From assembly GCF_037042905.1 (NCBI RefSeq), contig NC_087251.1, forward strand, positions 29,018,001 to 29,082,000: 64,000 nt of DNA, written 5' to 3'. Origin of the DNA: Lytechinus pictus (taxonomy: Eukaryota). The notes under the pieces were generated by a model that made no database searches, was not told the origin of the DNA, and saw only the letters and a program-made list of their open reading frames with translations. Positions 28,040-39,300 of this stretch are shown in pieces (position 1 is the first letter of the stretch; every line of letters starts with the position of its first letter). The position numbers and the translations under genes were made by a program.

Positions 28040-29199
28040 TGATGGCAGCCACTTTTTATTTGATGACGGTTACTTTTGACTTGATGACGGCCACTTTTTA
28101 TTTGATGACGGTTACTTTTGACTTGATGACGGCCACTTTTTACTTGCTTTTTATTTGATGACGGTTACTTTTGACTTCATGACGGCCACTTTTGACTTGA
28201 TGGCGGCTGCTTTTGATTCGATGATGGCTGCTTTTGATTTGATGATGGCTGCTTTTGATTCGATAGTGGCCACTTTTGATTTGATGATGGCTGCTTCTGA
28301 TTTGATGATGGTTGCTTTTGATTCGATAGTGGCCACTTTTGAACTGATGATGGCCACTTTAGATTTGATGATGGTCACTTTCAATTTTTTTATCGCTTTT
28401 CATTTGATGGTCACTTTTTGTTTGATGGTCACTTTTTATTTGATCACTTAATTTGATGGTCACTTTTTATTTGATGGTCACTTTTTATTTGATGGTCACT
28501 TTTCATTTGATGGTCACTTTTCATTTGATGGTCGCTTTTAATTTGATGGGCACCTTTTATTTGATGATCACTTATTTGATGGTCACTTTTAATTTGATGG
28601 TCACTTTTAATTTGATGGTCACTTTTAATTTGATCATCAATTCTTATTTGATGGTCACTTTTAATTTGATGGTCGCTTTTTATTTAATGGTCACTTTTTA
28701 TTTGATGGTCACTTTAAATTTGATGGTCACTTTTAATTTGATGGTCATTTTTAATTTGATGCTCAGTTTTTATTTGATGGTCACTTTTAATTTGATGGTC
28801 GCTTTTTTGTTGCTCACTTTTTATTTGATGGTCACTTTTAATTTGATGGTCACTTTTTATTTGATCATCACTTTTTATCTGATCATCACTTCTTTGACGG
28901 TCACTTTTTATTTGATGGTCGCTTTTTATTTGATGGTTATTTTTTATTTGATGGCTACTTTAAATTTGATGATCACTTTTTATTTGATGGTTACTTTTTA
29001 TTTGATCGTCACTTCTTCTTTGATGGTCACTTTTCTTTTGATCGTCGCTTTTCATTTGATCATCACAATTTAAGTTGATGGTTTCGGCATTCCATACATG
29101 GTCGCTTTATATTTGATGGTCGCTTTTCATTTGATCGTCGCTTTTATTTGATCGGCACTTTTCATTTGGTCGTCGCTTTTCATTTGATCATCACTTTTT
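28040..29199 (+). repeat. Minisatellite in the left palindrome arm: 21-bp units then 18-bp units
   Basis: GATGATGGCYACTTTTGATTT-like units to ~28385, then TTTGATGGTCACTTTTTA-like units. These produce the MVTFYL-type repetitive ORFs. Confidence 0.95.
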
Positions 29200-30398
29200 A
29201 CAGTACGTGCGCATAAACGTGTCGCAGTGAGCATGCACTGAGCAAATCCTCATGTACGTATAGCTAGCGCGCTCTTTTTGCTTCCGAGAATTGAAGTGCA
29301 GGTGCATATATATGAATCTATTGATCGTGAAAAAATAAATCTGGAAAATGGAGGGTATACTTAATAGTTTAGGGATGCCTCAATCAGTTATTAACAACTT
29401 TCAACGGGAAGGGGTAAGTTGAAGTTAGAATTTACTTAGATCTAGACCTACGCTTTAGATCTAACTTTGTTTGTCTATTTTGTTGGTGTGAAACGGTACT
29501 ATAGGCCTTGGCCTAGGCCCTACTCCCTCACAACATTGTCACTGGGGCGTTGCACTGGGGCCTATGCTCTAGTATAGACCGGCTAGGCTAGGGCCCTATC
29601 TATAAGTGTCACTAGGCCTAGTCACTAATAAGCCTAGACCAACCTGACTCCATTGTTGAGAACTGTGCTAGTAACTTAGTGTTAGAGCCAGAGGCTACAC
29701 ACGAAACCCATGCAAATGCAGAAAAAATACAGTTAGTGTTCAGTTCTTAAATATTTTCAGATCTCTAGACCCTAATAATATTAATTTTAGCTGATGATTG
29801 GCATTGCCCATTTTGCAAATGCAGCGCGGCGGGGGCAGAGGGAGGGGGTAACACTAACGAGTAACGTTGAGTCTTATCCATTGTAGTTATACACTCAAGC
29901 CTAGCGCCTATAACATACAGTTCAATTGTTACTGTTAACCCCCTACCCTCTACTCCTGCCCCCGTTGTGTTGAAGAAAACCTTTTTTTTTTTTCTTTTTT
30001 TTTTTTGCTATAGGCTATTCATATTTATATATATATATATAAACAAGGCCATAGATATGAATAACAACAAACCGAGTCGCCCTTTTCCAAAACTCCCAAC
30101 CCCCCTCCCCCCAGAAAATTTGTTGCGTCTATTATTGGGCTTATTTTCTTTTTACCCAAAATTAAGGGGGGGGGGCTGCGTGCGCAACCTCCCAACCCCC
30201 TTGGCGACGGTCATGCAGTTGACCCACAGAAATTTAGAAAATTTATATTTTTCTTGCAAAAATGCATAAAATTTACAAAAAATTGTGCAACAAATCCTTC
30301 AAGTTCTGCTCGATTGCTTCGCTCCCTCACTTTCGAATAGGGTCTATTTTTGAAAATTGCAAGAGTTTTTAACAATGATGGGATGAGGATGTTTTAAA

Positions 30399-30615
30399 CA
30401 CTCTATCAAAAGTAGGTTCAATTTTGCACCTTTACCAATGTCACACCTGGAACACATTTAATGATGCAAATTTGCACCTTTCAGAAAAGAAATCACCTTA
30501 AAAGGTACAGCTTAATTGCACCTATTTTTCTGAAAGGTGCAAATTTGCATCATTAAATGTGTTCCAGGTGTGACATTGGTAAAGGTGCAAAATTGAACCT
30601 ACTTTTGATAGAGTG
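30399..30615. mobile_element. Small inverted-repeat element (CACTC...GAGTG ends) at the palindrome axis
   Basis: CACTCTATCAAAAG...CTTTTGATAGAGTG with a repeated TTGCACCT(T) subterminal motif, one copy of which lies in the asymmetric spacer. Resembles CACTA/EnSpm-type MITE ends. Its symmetry cannot be separated from that of the larger palindrome. Confidence 0.45.
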
Positions 30616-31814
30616 TTTAAAACATCCTCATCCCATCATTGTTAAAAACTCTTGCAATTTTCAAAAATAGACCCTATTCGAAAGTGAGGGAGCGAAGCAA
30701 TCGAGCAGAACTTGAAGGATTTGTTGCACAATTTTTTGTAAATTTTATGCATTTTTGCAAGAAAAATATAAATTTTCTAAATTTCTGTGGGTCAACTGCA
30801 TGACCGTCGCCAAGGGGGTTGGGAGGTTGCGCACGCAGCCCCCCCCCCCCCTTAATTTTGGGTAAAAAGAAAATAAGCCCAATAATAGACGCAACAAATT
30901 TTCTGGGGGGAGGGGGGTTGGGAGTTTTGGAAAAGGGCGACTCGGTTTGTTGTTATTCATATCTATGGCCTTGTTTATATATATATATATAAATATGAAT
31001 AGCCTATAGCAAAAAAAAAAAAAAAAAAAAAGGTTTTCTTCAACACAACGGGGGCAGGAGTAGAGGGTAGGGGGTTAACAGTAACAATTGAACTGTATGT
31101 TATAGGCGCTAGGCTTGAGTGTATAACTACAATGGATAAGACTCAACGTTACTCGTTAGTGTTACCCCCTCCCTCTGCCCCCGCCGCGCTGCATTTGCAA
31201 AATGGGCAATGCCAATCATCAGCTAAAATTAATATTATTAGGGTCTAGAGATCTGAAAATATTTAAGAACTGAACACTAACTGTATTTTTTCTGCATTTG
31301 CATGGGTTTCGTGTGTAGCCTCTGGCTCTAACACTAAGTTACTAGCACAGTTCTCAACAATGGAGTCAGGTTGGTCTAGGCTTATTAGTGACTAGGCCTA
31401 GTGACACTTATAGATAGGGCCCTAGCCTAGCCGGTCTATACTAGAGCATAGGCCCCAGTGCAACGCCCCAGTGACAATGTTGTGAGGGAGTAGGGCCTAG
31501 GCCAAGGCCTATAGTACCGTTTCACACCAACAAAATAGACAAACAAAGTTAGATCTAAAGCGTAGGTCTAGATCTAAGTAAATTCTAACTTCAACTTACC
31601 CCTTCCCGTTGAAAGTTGTTAATAACTGATTGAGGCATCCCTAAACTATTAAGTATACCCTCCATTTTCCAGATTTATTTTTTCACGATCAATAGATTCA
31701 TATATATGCACCTGCACTTCAATTCTCGGAAGCAAAAAGAGCGCGCTAGCTATACGTACATGAGGATTTGCTCAGTGCATGCTCACTGCGACACGTTTAT
31801 GCGCACGTACTGTA

Positions 31815-33027
31815 AAAAGTGATGATCAAATGAAAAGCGACGACCAAATGAAAAGTGCCGATCAAATAAAAGCGACGATCAAATGAAAAGCGACCATCAA
31901 ATATAAAGCGACCATGTATGGAATGCCGAAACCATCAACTTAAATTGTGATGATCAAATGAAAAGCGACGATCAAATAAAAAGTGACCATCAAATAAAAA
32001 GCGACCATCAAATAAAAAGTGAGCATCAAATGAAAAGTGAGCATCAAATAAAAAGTGACCATCAAATAAAAAGTGACCATCAAATAAAAATCTATCATCA
32101 AATTAAAAGTGAGCATCAAATGAAAAATGAGCATAAAATGAAAAGTGAGCATCAAATAAAAAGCGACCATCAAATAAAAAGTGACCGTCAAAGAAGTGAT
32201 GATCAGATAAAAAGTGATGATCAAATAAAAAGTGACCATCAAATTAAAAGTGACCATCAAATAAAAAGTGAGCAACAAAAAAGCGACCATCAAATTAAAA
32301 GTGACCATCAAATAAAAACTGAGCATCAAATTAAAAATGACCATCAAATTAAAAGTGACCATCAAATTTAAAGTGACCATCAAATAAAAAGTGACCATTA
32401 AATAAAAAGTGACCATCAAATAAGAATTGATGATCAAATTAAAAGTGACCATCAAATTAAAAGTGACCATCAAATTAAAAGTGACCATCAAATAAGTGAT
32501 CATCAAATAAAAGGTGCCCATCAAATTAAAAGCGACCATCAAATGAAAAGTGACCATCAAATGAAAAGTGACCATCAAATAAAAAGTGACCATCAAATAA
32601 AAAGTGACCATCAAATTAAGTGATCAAATAAAAAGTGACCATCAAACAAAAAGTGACCATCAAATGAAAAGCGATAAAAAAATTGAAAGTGACCATCATC
32701 AAATCTAAAGTGGCCATCATCAGTTCAAAAGTGGCCACTATCGAATCAAAAGCAACCATCATCAAATCAGAAGCAGCCATCATCAAATCAAAAGTGGCCA
32801 CTATCGAATCAAAAGCAGCCATCATCAAATCAAAAGCAGCCATCATCGAATCAAAAGCAGCCGCCATCAAGTCAAAAGTGGCCGTCATGAAGTCAAAAGT
32901 AACCGTCATCAAATAAAAAGCAAGTAAAAAGTGGCCGTCATCAAGTCAAAAGTAACCGTCATCAAATAAAAAGTGGCCGTCATCAAGTCAAAAGTAACCG
33001 TCATCAAATAAAAAGTGGCTGCCATCA
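31815..33027 (-). repeat. Minisatellite in the right palindrome arm (mirror copy, 54 bp longer)
   Basis: Reverse complement of 28040-29199 with a different unit composition near 31960-32160 (224-aa vs 206-aa pseudo-ORF). Confidence 0.95.
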
Positions 33028-33371
33028 ACTTACAGGTGTCCTTTTGGCGCGCACATCAGGAACGCCGAAAGGACAACATTGATTTGATGTTAGAAACTGA
33101 TTTGATGATGGCTGGTACAGAGGGATATGATGCTGAAAATTGATATGATGATGGCCACTTTTGATTTACTGATGGCTGCACTTGATTTGATGATGGCTGG
33201 TACGGAGGTCCATCAAATCAAAAGTGACAGTGATCAAATTTTAGCCTTTCCGCTGGTACGGAGGTCCATCAAATCAAAAGTGACAGTGATCAAATTTTAG
33301 CCTTTCCGCGTTCCATATTGAACGAGGTTCAACACTGCGTGCGTGAGTAAATCTAGACCACTCACACAACA

Positions 33372-36300
33372 TGTCAGAAATTGGGCAAAATAATTTTTTT
33401 CCAAAAAAGCCCCCCTAAACCCCCCCAAACCAGCCGTCTTCGCTCCGAGGGGTCTTCTGGCATCCGAATGGGTCAATATACAAAGAATAAAGAAGATCGA
33501 TTTCGAAAAGATTTTCGGGTCTCTCGCCCCACCCGCGACCTGGCCATATTGTCAGAAATTGGGCAAAATAATTTTTTTCCAAAAAAGCCCCCCTCAACAC
33601 CCCCAAACCAGCCGTCTTCGCTCCGAGGGGTCTTCTGGCACCCGAATGGGTCAATATACAAAGAATAAAGAAGATCGATTTCGAAAAGATTTTCGGGTCT
33701 CTCGCCCCACCCGCGACCTGGCCAAATTGTCAGAAATTGGGCAAAATAATTTTTTTCCAAAAAAGCCCCCCTAAACCCCCCAAACCAGCCGTCTTCGCTC
33801 CGAGGGGTCTTCTGGCATCCGAATGGGTCAATATACAAAGAATAAAGAAGATCGATTTCGAAAAGATTTTCGGGTCTCTCGCCCCACCCGCGACCTGGCC
33901 AAATTGTCAGAAATTGAGCAAAATAATTTTTTTCCAAAAAAGCCCCCCTAAACCCCCCCAAACCAGCCGTCTTCGCTCCGAGGGGTCTTCTGGCATCCGA
34001 ATGGGTCAATATACAAAGAATAAAGAAGATCGATTTCGAAAAGATTTTCGGGTCTCTCGCCCCACCCGCGACCTGGCCAAATTGTCAGAAATTGAGCAAA
34101 ATAATTTTTTTTCCAAAAAAGCCCCCCTAAACACCCCCAAACATGCCGTCTTCGCTCCGAGGGGTCTTCTGGCATCCGAATGGGTCAATATACAAAGAAT
34201 AAAGAAGATCGATTTCGAAAAGATTTTCGGGTCTCTCGCTCCACCCGCGACCTGGCCAAATTGTCAGAAATTGAGCAAAATAATTTTTTTCCAAAAAAGC
34301 CCCCCTAAACCCCCCCAAACCAGCCGTCTTCGCTCCGAGGGGTCTTCTGGCATCCGAATGGGTCAATATACAAAGAATAAAGAAGATCGATTTCGAAAAG
34401 ATTTTCGGGCCTCTCGCCCCACCCGCGACCTGGCCATATTGTCAGAAATTGGGCAAAATAATTTTTTTCCAAAAAAGCCCCCCTCAACACCCCCAAACCA
34501 GCCGTCTTCGCTCCGAGGGGTCTTCTGGCACCCGAATGGGTCAATATACAAAGAATAAAGAAGATCGATTTCGAAAAGATTTTCGGGTCTCTCGCCCCAC
34601 CCGCGACCTGGCCAAATTGTCAGAAATTGGGCAAAATAATTTTTTTCCAAAAAACCCCCCTAAACCCCCCAAACCAGCCGTCTTCGCTCCGAGGGGTCTT
34701 CTGGCATCCGAATGGGTCAATATACAAAGAATAAAGAAGATCGATTTCGAAAAGATTTTCGGGTCTCTCGCCCCACCCGCGACCTGGCCAAATTGTCAGA
34801 AATTGAGCAAAATAATTTTTTTTCCAAAAAAGCCCCCCTAAACACCCCCAAACATGCCGTCTTCGCTCCGAGGGGTCTTCTGGCATCCGAATGGGTCAAT
34901 ATACAAAGAATAAAGAAGATCGATTTCATGAAGATTTTCGGGTCTCTCGCTCCACCCGCGACCTGGCCAAATTGTCAGAAATTGAGCAAAATAATTTTTT
35001 TCCAAAAAAGCCCCCCTAGACCCCCCCAAACCAGCCGTCTTCGCTCCGAGGGGTCTTTTGGCATCCGAATGGGTCAACATACAAAGAAAAAAGATGATCG
35101 ATTTTGAAAAGATTTTTGGGTCTCTCGCCCCACCCGCGACCTGGCCAAATTGTCAGAAATTGAGCAAAATAATTTTTTTCCAAAAAAGCCCCCCTAAACC
35201 CCCCCAAACAAGCCGTCTTCGCTCCGAGGGGTCTTCTGGCATCCAAATGGGTCAATATACAAAGAATAAAGAAGATTGATTTCGAAAAGATTTTCGGGTC
35301 TCTCGCCCCACCCGCAACCTGGCCAAATTGTCAGAAATTGAGCAAAATAATTTTTTTCCAAAAAAGCCCCCCTAAACCCCCCAAACCAGCCGTCTTCGCT
35401 CCGAGGGGTCGTCTGGCATCCGAATGGGTCAATATACAAAGAATAAAGAAGATCGATTTCGAAAAGTATTTTGGGTCTCTCGCCCCACCCGCGACCTGGC
35501 CAAATTGTCAGAAATTGAGCAAAATAATTTTTTCCAAAAAAGCCCCCCTAAACCCCCCCAAACCATCCGTCTTCGCTCCGAGGGGTCTTCTGGCATCCTA
35601 ATGGGTCAATATACAAAGAATAAAGAAGATAGATTTCGAAAAGATTTTCGGGTCTTTCGCCCCAACCGCGACCTGGCGAAATTGTCAGAAATTGAGCAAA
35701 ATAATTTTTTTCAAAAAAAGCACCCCTAAACCCCCCCAAACCAGCCGTCTTCGCTCCGAGGGGTCTTCTGGCATCCGAATGGGTCAATATACAAAGAATA
35801 AAGAAGATCGATTTCGAAAAGAATTTCGGGTCTCTCGCCCTACCCGCGACCTGGCCAAATTGTCAGAAATTGAGCAAAATAATTTTTTTCCAAAAAAGCC
35901 CCCCTAAACCCCCCCAAACCAGCCGTCTTGCTCCGAGGGGTCTTCTGGCATCCGAATGGGTCAATATACAAAGAATAAAGAAGATCGATTTCAAAAAGAT
36001 TTTCGGGTCTCTCGCCCCACCCGCGACCTGGCCAAATTGTCAGAAATTGGGCAAAATAATTTTTTTCCAAAAAAGCCCCCCTAAACCCCCCCAAACCAGC
36101 CGTCTTCGCTCCGAGGGGTCTTCTGGCATCCGAATTGGTCAATATACAAAGAATAAAGAAGATCGATTTCAAAAAGATTTCCGGGTCTCTCGCCCCTCCC
36201 GCGACCTGGCCAAATTGTCAGAAATTGAGCAAAATAATTTTTTTCCAAAAAAGCCCCCCTAAACCCCCCCCAAACCAGCCGTCTTCGCTCCGAGGGGTCT

Positions 36301-39300
36301 TCTGGCATCCGAATGGGTCAATATACAAAGAATAAAGAAGATCGATTTCGAAAAGATTTTCGGGTCTCTCGCCCCACCCGCGACCTGGCCAAATTGTCAG
36401 AAATTGAGCAAAATAATTTTTTTCCAAAAAAGCCCCCCTAAACCCCCCCAAACCAGCCGTCTTCGCTCCGAGGGGTCTTCTGGCATCCGAATGGGTCAAT
36501 ATACAAAGAATAAAGAAGATCGATTTCGAAAAGATTTTCGGGTCTCTCGCCCCACCCGCGACCTGGCCAAATTGTCAGAAATTGAGCAAAATAATTTTTT
36601 TCCAAAAAAGCCCCCCTAAACCCGCCCAAACCAGCCGTCTTCGCTCCGAGGGGTCTTCTGGCATCCGAATGGGTCAATATACAAAGAATAAAGAAGATCG
36701 ATTTCGAAAAGATTTTCGGGTCTCTCGCCCCATCCGCGACCTGGCCAAATTGTCAGAAATTGAGCAAAATAATTTTTTTCCAAAAAAGCCCCCCTAAACC
36801 CCCCCAAACCAGCCGTCTTCGCTCCGAGGGGTCTTCTGGCATCCGAATTGGTCAATATACAAAGAATAAAGAAGATCGATTTCAAAAAGATTTCCGGGTC
36901 TCTTGCCCCTCCCGCGACCTGGCCAAATTGTCAGAAATTGAGCAAAATAATTTTTTTCCAAAAAAGCCCCCCTAAACCCCCCCCAAACCAGCCGTCTTCG
37001 CTCCGAGGGGTCTTCTGGCATCCGAATGGGTCAATATACAAAGAATAAAGAAGATCGATTTCGAAAAGATTTTCGGGTCTCTCGCCCCACCCGCGACCTG
37101 GCCAAATTGTCAGAAATTGAGCAAAATAATTTTTTTCCAAAAAAGCCCCCCTAAACCCCCCCAAACCAGCCGTCTTCGCTCCGAGGGGTCTTCTGGCATC
37201 CGAATTGGTCAATATACAAAGAATAAAGAAGATCGATTTCAAAAAGATTTCCGGGTCTCTCGCCCCTCCCGCGACCTGGCCAAATTGTCAGAAATTGAGC
37301 AAAATAATTTTTTTCCAAAAAAGCCCCCCTAAACCCCCCCCAAACCAGCCGTCTTCGCTCCGAGGGGTCTTCTGGCATCCGAATGGGTCAATATACAAAG
37401 AATAAAGAAGATCGATTTCGAAAAGATTTTCGGGTCTCTCGCCCCACCCGCGACCTGGCCAAATTGTCAGAAATTGAGCAAAATAATTTTTTTCCAAAAA
37501 AGCCCCCCTAAACCCCCCCAAACCAGCCGTCTTCGCTCCGAGGGGTCTTCTGGCATCCGAATGGGTCAATATACAAAGAATAAAGAAGATCGATTTCGAA
37601 AAGATTTTCGGGTCTCTCGCCCCACCCGCGACCTGGCCAAATTGTCAGAAATTGAGCAAAATAATTTTTTTCCAAAAAAGCCCCCCTAAACCCGCCCAAA
37701 CCAGCCGTCTTCGCTCCGAGGGGTCTTCTGGCATCCGAATGGGTCAATATACAAAGAATAAAGAAGATCGATTTCGAAAAGATTTTCGGGTCTCTCGCCC
37801 CATCCGCGACCTGGCCAAATTGTCAGAAATTGAGCAAAATAATTTTTTTCCAAAAAAGCCCCCCTAAACCCCCCCAAACCAGCCGTCTTCGCTCCGAGGG
37901 TCTTCTGGCATCCGAATTGGTCAATATACAAAGAATAAAGAAGATCGATTTCAAAAAGATTTTCGGGTCTCTCGCCCCTCCCGCGACCTGGCCAAATTGT
38001 CAGAAATTGAGCAAAATAATTTTTTTCCAAAAAAGCCCCCCTAAACCCCCCCCAAACCAGCCGTCTTCGCTCCGAGGGGTCTTCTGGCATCCGAATGGGT
38101 CAATATACAAAGAATAAAGAAGATCGATTTCGAAAAGATTTTCGGGTCTCTCGCCCCACCCGCGACCTGGCCAAATTGTCAGAAATTGAGCAAAATAATT
38201 TTTTTCCAAAAAAGCCCCCCTAAACCCCCCCAAACCAGCCGTCTTCGCTCCGAGGGGTCTTCTGGCATCCGAATTGGTCAATATACAAAGAATAAAGAAG
38301 ATCGATTTCAAAAAGATTTCCGGGTCTCTCGCCCCTCCCGCGACCTGGCCAAATTGTCAGAAATTGAGCAAAATAATTTTTTTCCAAAAAAGCCCCCCTA
38401 AACCCCCCCCAAACCAGCCGTCTTCGCTCCGAGGGGTCTTCTGGCATCCGAATGGGTCAATATACAAAGAATAAAGAAGATCGATTTCGAAAAGATTTTC
38501 GGGTCTCTCGCCCCACCCGCGACCTGGCCAAATTGTCAGAAATTGAGCAAAATAATTTTTTTCCAAAAAAGCCCCCCTAAACCCCCCCAAACCAGCCGTC
38601 TTCGCTCCGAGGGGTCTTCTGGCATCCGAATGGGTCAATATACAAAGAATAAAGAAGATCGATTTCGAAAAGATTTTCGGGTCTCTCGCCCCACCCGCGA
38701 CCTGGCCAAATTGTCAGAAATTGAGCAAAATAATTTTTTTCCAAAAAAGCCCCCCTAAACCCCCCCAAACCAGCCGTCTTCGCTCCGAGGGGTCTTCTGG
38801 CATCCGAATGGGTCAATATACAAAGAATAAAGAAGATCGATTTCGAAAAGATTTTCGGGTCTCTCGCCCCATCCGCGACCTGGCCAAATTGTCAGAAATT
38901 GAGCAAAATAATTTTTTTCCAAAAAAGCCCCCCTAAACCCCCCCAAACCAGCCGTCTTCGCTCCGAGGGGTCTTCTGGCATCCGAATGGGTCAATATACA
39001 AAGAATAAAGAAGATCGATTTCAAAAAGATTTTCGGGTCTCTCGCCCCATCCGCGACCTGGCCAAATTGTCAAAAATTGAGCAAAATAATTTTTTTTCCA
39101 AAAAAGCCCCCCTAAACACCCCCAAACCAGCCGTCTTCGCTCCGAGGGGTCTTCTGGCATCCGAATGGGTCAATATACAAAGAATAAAGAAGATCGATTT
39201 CAAAAAGATTTTCGGGTCTCTCGCCCCACCCGCAACCTGGCCAAATTGTCAGAAATTGGGCAAAATAATTTTTTTCCAAAAAAGCCCCCCTAAACCCCCC

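Larger units (their letters stand above)
27806..33317. mobile_element. 5.5-kb palindromic (foldback) non-autonomous DNA transposon with IS3EU-like ends
   Basis: Arm 27806-30488 is the reverse complement of 30526-33317, with a 37-bp spacer. Mirrored ORFs confirm this (28155-28451 + / 32616-32912 -). Termini are TATGGAACGCGGAAAGG...CCTTTCCGCGTTCCATA, flanked by direct repeat TTGAAC (27800-27805, 33318-33323). No transposase ORF. Confidence 0.85.

Noticed and set aside
28151..32916. Hydrophobic repeat ORFs (MVTFYL)n and (IKSDHQ)n
   Set aside because: By-products of 18- and 21-bp minisatellite units, open on both strands.
27806..33317. Polinton/Maverick assignment for the palindrome
   Set aside because: The 6-bp TSD fits, but the termini are TATGG rather than AG-repeat, and no polB, integrase or capsid sequence is present.
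33411..33430. CCCTAAA telomere-like word in satellite B
   Set aside because: Single copy per monomer within C-runs; not a tandem telomeric tract.
33500..33520. CENP-B-box-like TTCG...CGGG in satellite B
   Set aside because: TTCG and CGGG are 10 nt apart (TTCGAAAAGATTTTCGGG); the canonical box needs 7 nt with a fixed A.
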